Below, piece by piece: positions 9,091 through 16,178 of a stretch of 64,000 nt of DNA. The translations under genes were made by a program, and so were the position numbers. The number at the start of each line of letters is the position of its first letter. The first letter of the stretch is position 1. This DNA is from Hadesarchaea archaeon (GTDB lineage Archaea; Hadarchaeota; Hadarchaeia; Hadarchaeales; Hadarchaeaceae). Location: positions 57,610 to 121,609 of the forward strand of contig JAPDJH010000009.1 of the NCBI GenBank assembly GCA_029259175.1, in the 5' to 3' direction. The notes under the pieces were generated by a model. The model saw only the letters and a list, made by a program, of their open reading frames with translations, did not search any database and was not told the origin of the DNA.

Positions 9091-10122
9091 ATGGCTCTCA
9101 AAACCGCTCGATCGCTTTTCGATCTTGTTGGAAATACTCCTCTTATCCGGATCAACAAGATACCCGAGCGCTGGGGGTTCGGAGATCTGGAACTCTACGG
9201 TAAGGCCGAGTTCATGAACCCCTCGGGTAGTCTCAAAGATCGTATCATCGCCAAAATCCTTTCGCAGGCAATGAAGGACGGCAGGTTGAAACCGGGGATG
9301 ACCATAGTGGAGAGCACGACGGGAAATACTGGGATCTCCACTGCCATGTTCGGTGCCCACCTGGGGCTGAAAGTCATGATTGTGATTCCGGCGGGCATGA
9401 GCGCTGAGCGGATGAAGACGTTGAAGGCCTTTGGGGCTGAAATCGTTCACGTTCCGGGAGGGGAATCGGATGTGGACTTGGCTGTGGAAAAGGCACGGGA
9501 GATCGCGAGGTCCGATCCGGATCGCTACTTTTTCGTTGACCAGTTCAACAATCCGGCCAACGCGGAGGCTCACTACGAAACCACGGGGCCGGAGATATGG
9601 GAGCAAATGGGGGGTAGGATAGATGCTTTCGTTGCGACCGCGGGGACCGGGGGAACCATCACGGGGGTCGGGAGGTATCTGAAGGAGCGGAACCCGCGCG
9701 TCAAGGTCTATGTCGCTGAGCCGGCCGAGTGCCCGCTGCTTTCCAAGCAGCGCTGGGGCAGCCACAGGATTGAAGGTATCGGGGACGGTTTCATTCCGTC
9801 GATTCTGGATCTCTCCGTTCTGGACGGGGTCATCACGGTGTCGTCCGATGAGGCGATCGAGATGACCCAGCAGCTGATCCGGGAGGAAGGGCTTTTCGTC
9901 GGGATCTCGAGCGGGGCCAATGTCAAGTGCTGTTTGAAGCTCCACCGGCGGCACCCTGAGCTCAGGCGGGTTGTGACCATGCTCAACGACCACGCGTTCA
10001 GGTACTTCTCCACGCGGCTTTTCGGTGTGAGAAAGGAGCTGAAGGTCCCGGAGCGGCCCCATCCGATCAGCGTCACCCCCGAACAGCGAAGACATCTCTC
10101 GCGGCTGGAAATCATCGAGTAA
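9091..10122 (+). CDS. PLP-dependent cysteine synthase-family protein
   Basis: VGNTPL, NPSGSLKDR, ESTTGNTG, QFNNPAN, GTGGT, HRIEGIG, GISSGAN. Confidence 0.9.
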   Translation: MALKTARSLFDLVGNTPLIRINKIPERWGFGDLELYGKAEFMNPSGSLKDRIIAKILSQAMKDGRLKPGMTIVESTTGNTGISTAMFGAHLGLKVMIVIPAGMSAERMKTLKAFGAEIVHVPGGESDVDLAVEKAREIARSDPDRYFFVDQFNNPANAEAHYETTGPEIWEQMGGRIDAFVATAGTGGTITGVGRYLKERNPRVKVYVAEPAECPLLSKQRWGSHRIEGIGDGFIPSILDLSVLDGVITVSSDEAIEMTQQLIREEGLFVGISSGANVKCCLKLHRRHPELRRVVTMLNDHAFRYFSTRLFGVRKELKVPERPHPISVTPEQRRHLSRLEIIE

Positions 10123-10262
10123 AAAACGTACGGGATGCTGACTCAAATTGCCTGAGGAGTCGATTGGCCACTGTACCATTTTTTTCAGATTTCGAAACGT
10201 CCGCAAACCACAGTCCCGTCAGCGATGGGGCTTAATACCGGGCGCTGCTTATCTTTTTCTGG

Positions 10263-10389
10263 GCCGGGGTAGCTCAGATGGTTAGAGCGCCAGACTCATA
10301 GCCTCGAAGCGCGGCTGTGAGTGCTGATCCCGCGAGATGATGGGTGAGAAATCTGGAGGTCGCGGGTTCGAGTCCCGCCCCCGGCACCA
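10263..10389 (+). tRNA. tRNA-Met(CAT), elongator type, with 50-nt intron (10301-10350) at 37/38; CCA encoded
   Basis: Acceptor GCCGGGG/CCCCGGC, anticodon stem CCAGA/TCTGG, TTCGAGT T-loop; BHB motif: CTCA(10295-98)/TGAG(10345-48) with TAG and AAA bulges. Confidence 0.95.
10301..10350 (+). ncRNA. Putative intron-encoded box C'/D' methylation guide targeting C34 of its own pre-tRNA
   Basis: GGCTGTGAGT (10313-22) complementary to ACTCATAGCC (10294-303, one G-U); CTGA at 10324-27; ATGATGG at 10337-43; the fifth nt upstream of CTGA pairs with C34. Confidence 0.65.
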
Positions 10390-10450
10390 TCCCGCTCACA
10401 AAACCATATCACCGTTTAAAAGAGGAAGAACTTTTGTTCACCAAGTGGAC

Positions 10451-11554
10451 TCATTCGCGTAAAACCTTCTGCAAAAACGGAAGTGAGACCAGCCCCACAA
10501 CAACAAACATCAGAAACGGTGCCGAAGGACCACACCAGTCAGCGATGACCCCACCAACGCCCGGGAAGATACCCCACCCGGCCATGCCCACGGAGTTGAA
10601 GATCCCCAGCACTAGCCCTGGACTGCTTCGCTCACCGAGCTTCGAAATGCTGCTGACCACCGCAGGGTAGACTGCACCCTCGGCCACGGCCAAAAGTAAA
10701 GAAAACAGTAGCAACACCGGGTAGGTGGTCGCAAGGGCGAGACCCAGCGAGACGAACGCGGACGCGCCTATACTCGCCACGATCATCCGCTTGGCCCCGA
10801 AGCGATCCGAGAGACCGCCGAGCGGTGCGAACACCACTCCTCTCACCACGGTAAACACAGTTATCAGCGTGCTGGCCTCGAACTCCGTGAGGCCCAGATC
10901 CACTACAGCATACGCTGGCAATAAGGTATGAAAAATCGCGACCACTCCGATGTAGATCAGAGTGGCAAAACACAGTGGAAGCAAGCGGACAAAATCGGGT
11001 CGTTTCAATACCCTGCGCGGCGGCTTGAACTCGGTCATCAGAACCGGAATTACCGAGCAGATTGCTAGCGCGGCGCTCCACAAGAAAACCCAACGAGCAC
11101 CAAACTCGGGATAAGCCCATCCAGCAAATATCGGACCGATACCAAACGCTGCGGCCCACGACGTCCCATAGAGACCCATAGCACGGCCGCGTTCGTGCTC
11201 GCCGGACAACTCGGCAATGGCCGTCTGCATGTTGACCCACACAGGTGCCTCAGCCAACCCCTGATAGAGCCGGACGAGCAAAAGCTGGGTCACGGAGCTG
11301 CAGAAGGTATAGAGATAGAAGGAGAATGAGGTCATGACATAACCAAGAACAATGAACCGTCTGCGGCCAAAGCGATCACCCAGCACGCCCGCTGGAATGG
11401 AAAAGATCACGTCAAAAATCACATACATCGTGCCTATTAGACCGATCTCTGTGTATGACGCCCCCAGCTCCTTCGCAGCATAGATGGGGAGCAACAGCGC
11501 CACCGCTCCCATCGCGAGAGATACCAAAAAGCTGCCGATAAGCAGACGGCGCAT
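10451..11554 (-). CDS. MFS transporter
   Basis: Motif A GVLGDRFGRR and GGLSDRFGAK, ERGRAMG; ~12 TM; start uncertain (ATG 11554 or GTG 11557). Confidence 0.9.
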   Translation of the reverse strand: MRRLLIGSFLVSLAMGAVALLLPIYAAKELGASYTEIGLIGTMYVIFDVIFSIPAGVLGDRFGRRRFIVLGYVMTSFSFYLYTFCSSVTQLLLVRLYQGLAEAPVWVNMQTAIAELSGEHERGRAMGLYGTSWAAAFGIGPIFAGWAYPEFGARWVFLWSAALAICSVIPVLMTEFKPPRRVLKRPDFVRLLPLCFATLIYIGVVAIFHTLLPAYAVVDLGLTEFEASTLITVFTVVRGVVFAPLGGLSDRFGAKRMIVASIGASAFVSLGLALATTYPVLLLFSLLLAVAEGAVYPAVVSSISKLGERSSPGLVLGIFNSVGMAGWGIFPGVGGVIADWCGPSAPFLMFVVVGLVSLPFLQKVLRE

Positions 11555-11606
11555 CACACCAATCTTTCCCGTTAGGTTAATACGTTTTTGAATCCATTCT
11601 CTCACG

Positions 11607-12284
11607 ATGTTGAAAACACCCATTGTGGTGGTGAACTTCAAGACTTATCCCGAGTCCACCGGCGAACGCGCGGTTCAGCTGGCAAAAATTATCGAACAGG
11701 TTGCACAGGATTACTCAGCGTCGGTTGCAGTGTGCCCACAACACGCTGACATATACCGGGTGTCCAGAGAAGTGAGTATTCCAGTTCTGGCACAACACGT
11801 AGATCCCCTCAAGCCCGGGCGAAACACCGGGTGGGTAACGCCCGCATCCGTAAAAGCGGCGGGGGCTGTGGGAACGCTGATTAACCACTCCGAGCACAAG
11901 ATTCCACACGACCAAGTAAAGCAAGTGGTGGATCTCTGCCGAAGCAAAGAGCTAGTCACCATCGTGTGCACGGCCGATGTGGAGGAGAGCAAAGGGCTGG
12001 CGGCACATTCGCCGGATTTCATAGCGGTAGAGCCTCCTGAGCTCATCGGGACCGGAATACCGGTGTCTAAAGCCAAACCGGAAATCGTGAGCGGTTCAGT
12101 AAAAGCCATTCAAGAGGTGAATTCATCTGTTCAAGTGCTGTGTGGGGCAGGAATAACTACCGGAGAAGACGTTGCGAAAGCTGTAGAACTCGGAACCGTG
12201 GGTGTGCTCGTCGCCTCAGGCATTGTGCGAGCAAAGGATCAGCGCGCAGCCATCGAAGACATGGTTCGCGCTCTCCCGAAGTGA
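11607..12284 (+). CDS. tpiA: Triosephosphate isomerase (archaeal type)
   Basis: VNFKTY, AQHVD, INHSE, AVEPPELIGTG, CGAGI, GVLVASG. Confidence 0.97.
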   Translation: MLKTPIVVVNFKTYPESTGERAVQLAKIIEQVAQDYSASVAVCPQHADIYRVSREVSIPVLAQHVDPLKPGRNTGWVTPASVKAAGAVGTLINHSEHKIPHDQVKQVVDLCRSKELVTIVCTADVEESKGLAAHSPDFIAVEPPELIGTGIPVSKAKPEIVSGSVKAIQEVNSSVQVLCGAGITTGEDVAKAVELGTVGVLVASGIVRAKDQRAAIEDMVRALPK

Positions 12285-12317
12285 TTTTAAGACTGTTCGC
12301 TACCCAAGGAGAATTGG

Positions 12318-12392
12318 GCCGCCGTAGCTGAGCCTGGTTACAGCGGCCGCCTTGTAAGCGGCAGATCGTGGGTTCAAATCCCACCGGCGGCT
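12318..12392 (+). tRNA. tRNA-Thr(TGT)
   Basis: GCCGCCG/CGGCGGC acceptor, GCCGC-CT-TGT-AA-GCGGC anticodon arm, GTGGG-TTCAAAT-CCCAC T arm; full CCA not encoded. Confidence 0.95.
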
Positions 12393-12394
12393 CA

Positions 12395-12625
12395 TTACAA
12401 CTTCTCCAACAGCTCAAAGAACCTCTCTCGGGTAAGCTCCGCCTCCCGGATTATCGCCCGCACGAGCGCTGGCTTGATCTCCCTATCCGGATGGACCGGG
12501 ATAACGGTACGCACGTTCTCTTTCATCAGGATAACGTGGGGACCCTTCCTCCTAACAATTCGAAATCCTTCATGGATCAATATCTTGATGAGCTTCTCAG
12601 CTGGAACAGGCCCGATTTTAGGCAT
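12395..12625 (-). CDS. hicA: HicA-family toxin
   Basis: LIKIL...GF...RRKGPHVIL...VIPVH..EI....I. Confidence 0.9.
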   Translation of the reverse strand: MPKIGPVPAEKLIKILIHEGFRIVRRKGPHVILMKENVRTVIPVHPDREIKPALVRAIIREAELTRERFFELLEKL

Positions 12626-12872
12626 GAACCTCTACTTTTTGTAATCCAACAACTGACTGCGCCATTTTGAGAACTTCTGATTTCTCCTCTTCATCAAGGG
12701 TTTCCAAGTAGAGTTCGATTGCCTCCTCAACATTTTTCATCAACTCTTCGAGCGTTTCGCCTTGCGTGTGGCACCCTGGCAGGGAAGGAACAAACGCCAC
12801 GTAACCGCCCGTCTCATCCTTTTGAACCACTACATCGAACATCAATCTCTTGGCCATGTCTTTCCCAACCAC
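12618..12872 (-). CDS. hicB: HicB-family antitoxin (short)
   Basis: GGYVAFVPSLPGCHTQGETLEELMKNVEEAIELYLE. Confidence 0.92.
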   Translation of the reverse strand: MVGKDMAKRLMFDVVVQKDETGGYVAFVPSLPGCHTQGETLEELMKNVEEAIELYLETLDEEEKSEVLKMAQSVVGLQKVEVHA

Positions 12873-12959
12873 TCTATGTAAACCAGAGTATAAAATCTAT
12901 GGGAAGTTCCAGCACGAGCAATCGTCCGTGTTTGACAAGCAGTAGGGAATAGACAAGAG

Positions 12960-13003
12960 GAATCTCTGTCCTTCCTCTTTCATTAAGACCACCGGCGGCT
13001 CCA
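12960..13003 (+). repeat. att-like repeat R1 (conserved arm + tRNA-Thr 3' end)
   Basis: GAATCTCTGTCCTTCCTCTTTCATTAAGA-CCACCGGCGGCTCCA. Confidence 0.9.
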
Positions 13004-13026
13004 CGAACACAGTAAATTATTTAAAT

Positions 13027-13046
13027 TTTGAAACAATTGTTTTAAA
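13027..13046. promoter_or_regulatory. Palindromic operator overlapping the promoter of the MNT-HEPN pair
   Basis: TTTG-AAACAATTGTTT-TAAA (perfect 12-bp core) directly before the ATG. Confidence 0.55.
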
Positions 13047-13047
13047 T

Positions 13048-13596
13048 ATGAAACATCTAGACGAAAAGGCTTTGAAGGTGCTCACCTACTTCTTTGAGAA
13101 CCCGCGAGAAGAAGTTTACCTGCGGGAACTGGCACGCCGGCTACGGATGAGCCCAGCAACTGTTATGCGAGCCCTACGTCTCCTCATTAGAGAAGGCTTG
13201 ATAACCAAGCGCCCGGAGAAGCACGCCACCTATTTCAAGGCCAACCTTAACCCATACTTCAGAGAGTTGAAGAAAGCGCATACGGTTTCCAAAGTCTTGC
13301 GCTCCGGAATTCTTGAACTCATCAACGAGAAATCGGTAGGTCTAAGTTCAATACTGCTCTACGGGAGCGCCGCTAAAGGCGAAGACGATCGGGGAAGCGA
13401 CTACGACTTTCTGGTGATTGCCGCAAGATGCGCCCTGAGAAGCAGTGAACTCTCGAAACTTCTAGGGAGAGAGGCCACCCTACAGGTCTTCGACGTGGCG
13501 GGCTGGAAACGAGTAGCAAAGCGAAACCGAGCATTCTACCTAGACGTTATAAGCAATTCCATTGTCCTTTATGGTGGAAAGCCGGTGATCGATTGA
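13048..13596 (+). CDS. wHTH + minimal nucleotidyltransferase (MNT) antitoxin
   Basis: YLRELARRLRMSPATV HTH; LYGSAAKGEDDRGSDYDFLV. Confidence 0.88.
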   Translation: MKHLDEKALKVLTYFFENPREEVYLRELARRLRMSPATVMRALRLLIREGLITKRPEKHATYFKANLNPYFRELKKAHTVSKVLRSGILELINEKSVGLSSILLYGSAAKGEDDRGSDYDFLVIAARCALRSSELSKLLGREATLQVFDVAGWKRVAKRNRAFYLDVISNSIVLYGGKPVID

Positions 13597-14033
13597 CGCT
13601 TAGGGATTGTCTTGCGCAAAGGAAGTTGCGCAGGATACGGCCGGATCCGCTCAAAGCCCGCAAATCGCTGGAAGCTGCGTCTGCAAAACTGAAAAAGGCC
13701 AAGGAACTCCTCGCCGATGAGCATTACGATGCAACCCTTCTGTACGCGTACACGAGCATGTTCAGCTCGGGAAGAGCTCTCCTTTACAAGGACGGCATCC
13801 AAGAGAAATCCCACTACTGTTTGGCTAGGTATCTAGAGGAGAGGTACGTGAAGAGAGGAAAGTTGAATCCAAAGATCATCACCTTCCTCGACTCTTTCCG
13901 TGAGGAGCGGCACGCGATAATGTATGGGTTCGAGGAGGTTGAAATCCGGCGCGAAGAGGCTGAGGAAGCCATCTCGGTTGCGGAAGAATTCCTTGGGAGA
14001 GCTAAAGAACTCGTGGGTAAGCGTACGCGCTGA
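13593..14033 (+). CDS. HEPN-domain protein (toxin)
   Basis: AY.SMF...RALL, KSH, REERHAIMYG; overlaps the MNT stop codon. Confidence 0.85.
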   Translation: MTLRDCLAQRKLRRIRPDPLKARKSLEAASAKLKKAKELLADEHYDATLLYAYTSMFSSGRALLYKDGIQEKSHYCLARYLEERYVKRGKLNPKIITFLDSFREERHAIMYGFEEVEIRREEAEEAISVAEEFLGRAKELVGKRTR

Positions 14034-14080
14034 ATGAAGAAGCTTGCTATTGCTTATCGTCTTTGGTTCTCTGCCGTGGT

Positions 14081-14123
14081 TTCTGTCCTTATACTTTTGA
14101 TAGGAAGCCCACTAGTGGCTCCA
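14081..14123 (+). repeat. att-like repeat R2 (degenerate)
   Basis: TTCTGTCCTTATACTTTTGATAGGAAG-CCCACTAGTGGCTCCA vs tRNA CCCACCGGCGGCTC. Confidence 0.75.
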
Positions 14124-14145
14124 CTATATTTTTTAATAAATAGTT

Positions 14146-14166
14146 AACTTAATATATAGTTAAGTT
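14146..14166. promoter_or_regulatory. Inverted-repeat operator upstream of cassette 3
   Basis: AACTTAA-TATATAG-TTAAGTT. Confidence 0.5.
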
Positions 14167-14186
14167 TTAGGAATAACGGTGTTGAG

Positions 14187-15104
14187 ATGTGGCCTGCTGA
14201 ATGGCTAGCAGAGAAATACTTTGAGATCAAAGAGCTGCCGCGAATAGTCGATCGAAACATGGTTGCAAAAATTTGGAAAACTAACAAAAACTACGCGAGT
14301 GTCACCTTGCACGAGATGCGCGAAGCTTTACTTATAGACAGATTGAAGAGAGGAGCATATCTATCGGTACCGCCTGAGAAATGGCTGCCGGTGCACTCGT
14401 TCCTGATGCGAACTCCAGAAATCGCTCCAGCTCTATCTAAACTATTACAGGACTCGATGAACGATATTGAGTGTCTGGTGCTCTATGGCTCGCGGATTTG
14501 GGGGGGAGATGAGCTAAGCGACTGGGATTTCTTCACCGTTGTTTCCTCCGAAAAGTCGAAGAATGCGATGAGGACCAAACTCCTCAAAATCAGGCAAACA
14601 AATCTTCGACTTGATGTGGAGATATTGTCTGTTCAAGACTTCGAGTTTCTCCTACGCAAAGACCCGATTTTTCTCAAACTCGTAGCGTGCGAGTGCAGGC
14701 CCATAGTAGATACTGGTATTCTTGGAATTGCCAAGGCAATCGAGATTAAACCAGAACACGTTGCCGTTGAAATGTTGGCCGCGAAAGAAAATATTCTACA
14801 GGGCATGGCATGCGCGCGACGAGGCGAAAGCAGTATCGCCTGCTACTGGCTCACCCGCGGGATCCGGCGAACGCTTGCTGCGGCCCTCTCCATGTGTGAA
14901 AACTTCTCCGGGAAAGCTTTGGAAGAGGAATTCAAAGCACGTTTTCCTCAGTATGAGCAACTTCGGGTGATCGTTAAAAAAATTGGCTTGGAACGAGAAA
15001 CACATATACCAAAAAAATTCCTTAGAGAACTTGTTAACAGAACAATAGTCGAGTGGGAACTGGTAGCAAAGGAGTTGCGCAGATGGGGAAAAAGCGCAAA
15101 ATAA
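14187..15104 (+). CDS. wHTH + nucleotidyltransferase + helical (HEPN-like) fusion
   Basis: LH.MRE..LI.RLKRG.Y wHTH; VLYGSRIWGGDELSDWDF MNT; helical C-terminus. Confidence 0.7.
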   Translation: MWPAEWLAEKYFEIKELPRIVDRNMVAKIWKTNKNYASVTLHEMREALLIDRLKRGAYLSVPPEKWLPVHSFLMRTPEIAPALSKLLQDSMNDIECLVLYGSRIWGGDELSDWDFFTVVSSEKSKNAMRTKLLKIRQTNLRLDVEILSVQDFEFLLRKDPIFLKLVACECRPIVDTGILGIAKAIEIKPEHVAVEMLAAKENILQGMACARRGESSIACYWLTRGIRRTLAAALSMCENFSGKALEEEFKARFPQYEQLRVIVKKIGLERETHIPKKFLRELVNRTIVEWELVAKELRRWGKSAK

Positions 15105-15340
15105 AGAAACCAGCAGCGCTTCTGGCACAAAGAAAAGCACACTTGCAACTTGCAGAGGAATTTTCCAAACTCGTACCAACTGAAGTAATTAAACATTGGG
15201 AAAAAGAGGCCGAGCGCTTCGAACGCGAAGCTAGACGGCTTATGACAGGGTTACCCACGAGCTACCTAGAAGAAATAGAAAAGATAAGTGATGAAGAAGC
15301 GAAAAAGCTCTTACGAAGGAAGCGAAAAGAGATAATCTAG
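15083..15340 (+). CDS. Small basic helical hypothetical protein (partner of the 14187 gene)
   Basis: ATG after GGAG; MGKKRKIKK...; overlaps upstream gene end; ends just before R3. Confidence 0.6.
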   Translation: MGKKRKIKKPAALLAQRKAHLQLAEEFSKLVPTEVIKHWEKEAERFEREARRLMTGLPTSYLEEIEKISDEEAKKLLRRKRKEII

Positions 15341-15353
15341 ACATTCGCGTAGC

Positions 15354-15400
15354 GAATCTTCTGTCCTTTACTTTCATTAAGGATCCCACCGGCGGCTCCA
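15354..15400 (+). repeat. att-like repeat R3 (conserved arm + tRNA-Thr 3' end)
   Basis: GAATCTTCTGTCCTTTACTTTCATTAAGG-ATCCCACCGGCGGCTCCA; 16 nt (15383-98) identical to 12378-93. Confidence 0.92.
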
Positions 15401-15417
15401 CAAAAAATAGTTTATAG

Positions 15418-15432
15418 GTAAGGATTTCTTAC
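15418..15432. promoter_or_regulatory. Inverted-repeat operator for the AbrB antitoxin
   Basis: GTAAG-GATTT-CTTAC immediately downstream of a TTTATA box. Confidence 0.5.
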
Positions 15433-15448
15433 ATTAATTAGTGATGGG

Positions 15449-15700
15449 ATGAAAGGAAGCGTGGTAAAAATTACCTCAAAAGGACAACTTACCCTCCCCG
15501 TGGAAATCCGGAGAGAGTTAGGGGTTAGGAAAGACGATTATCTTTACGTCACAAGAGCTGGTGAGCTAATTCTGATGAAGCGGATCGGAGTGAATCCTAA
15601 GGAAATTTTAGATACCTTTCAGCAAGTCGCAAAGGAGAGCGGGCTGACGAGAAAAGAACTAAACCGGGTCATCCGCGAGATCAGGCGGGCAAAAGAATGA
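15449..15700 (+). CDS. AbrB/MazE/SpoVT-family antitoxin (VapB-like)
   Basis: VKITSKGQLTLPVEIRRELGV. Confidence 0.92.
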   Translation: MKGSVVKITSKGQLTLPVEIRRELGVRKDDYLYVTRAGELILMKRIGVNPKEILDTFQQVAKESGLTRKELNRVIREIRRAKE

Positions 15701-16119
15701 ATAAAAAGCCAAGAGTTTTCTTGGACACGAACGTTTTGATATCGGGAATGGTATTCAGAGGAAACGAGAGGAAACTGCTGGACGCGATTATTGATAACCG
15801 ATTGAAACTGGTAATAAGCGACGATGTTTTGAACGAAACAGAAATGGTCTTCAGGAAAAAATTCCCGCAGCACCGTGTTCTTTTCCCGTTATTTTTGCAG
15901 CTCGTGAAGCACGAAAGAATACCGAGAAAAGCGTATAGAAAAGCCGAAAAGACATATTCTGGACTCCTCCGTGACAAAACAGACGCCCACATCCTTGCGG
16001 CCGCTGTCGTGGGCAAGTGCGATTATCTAATTGCCGGCGACAAAGAACTCCTTTCCCTGAAGAAAGTTGGTCTCACAAAAATAATTCAAACGTGGGAGTT
16101 GCTGAGAGAATTGAAATAA
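15697..16119 (+). CDS. PIN-domain toxin (VapC-like)
   Basis: VFLDTNVLISG, E, DKTDAHILAAA, LIAGDKELL. Confidence 0.92.
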   Translation: MNKKPRVFLDTNVLISGMVFRGNERKLLDAIIDNRLKLVISDDVLNETEMVFRKKFPQHRVLFPLFLQLVKHERIPRKAYRKAEKTYSGLLRDKTDAHILAAAVVGKCDYLIAGDKELLSLKKVGLTKIIQTWELLRELK

Positions 16120-16178
16120 ACGTGTGCTCTGTCTCCTCGCGCTTCAGCAAAAACTAAAAACCACACCACCCATCAGAA

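Larger units (their letters stand above)
12393..16150. mobile_element. tRNA-Thr-anchored tandem array of toxin-antitoxin cassettes separated by att-like repeats; no integrase
   Basis: Four TA-type modules separated by three ~45-bp repeats ending in the tRNA-Thr 3' end, plus a degenerate fourth arm at 16127-16150. Confidence 0.75.

Noticed and set aside
10133-10180. Possible C/D sRNA (ATGCTGA...CTGA)
   Set aside because: No convincing C' or terminal D box
10390-10450. Integrated element at tRNA-Met
   Set aside because: No duplicate of its 3' end found; an MFS gene follows directly
14034-14147. 37-aa hydrophobic ORF (MKKLAIAYRLWFSAVVSVLILLIGSPLVAPLYFLINS) across R2
   Set aside because: Overlaps the T-rich repeat and operator; the frame is not preserved between R1 and R3; likely compositional
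12960-15400. Repeats R1-R3 as a CRISPR array
   Set aside because: Spacing is over 1 kb with whole genes between, and the repeats contain a tRNA 3' end; no CRISPR array or cas gene was seen in the window
12393-16150. Split SSV-type integrase fragments at the att sites
   Set aside because: Translations across the repeats on both strands show no recognisable tyrosine-recombinase motifs
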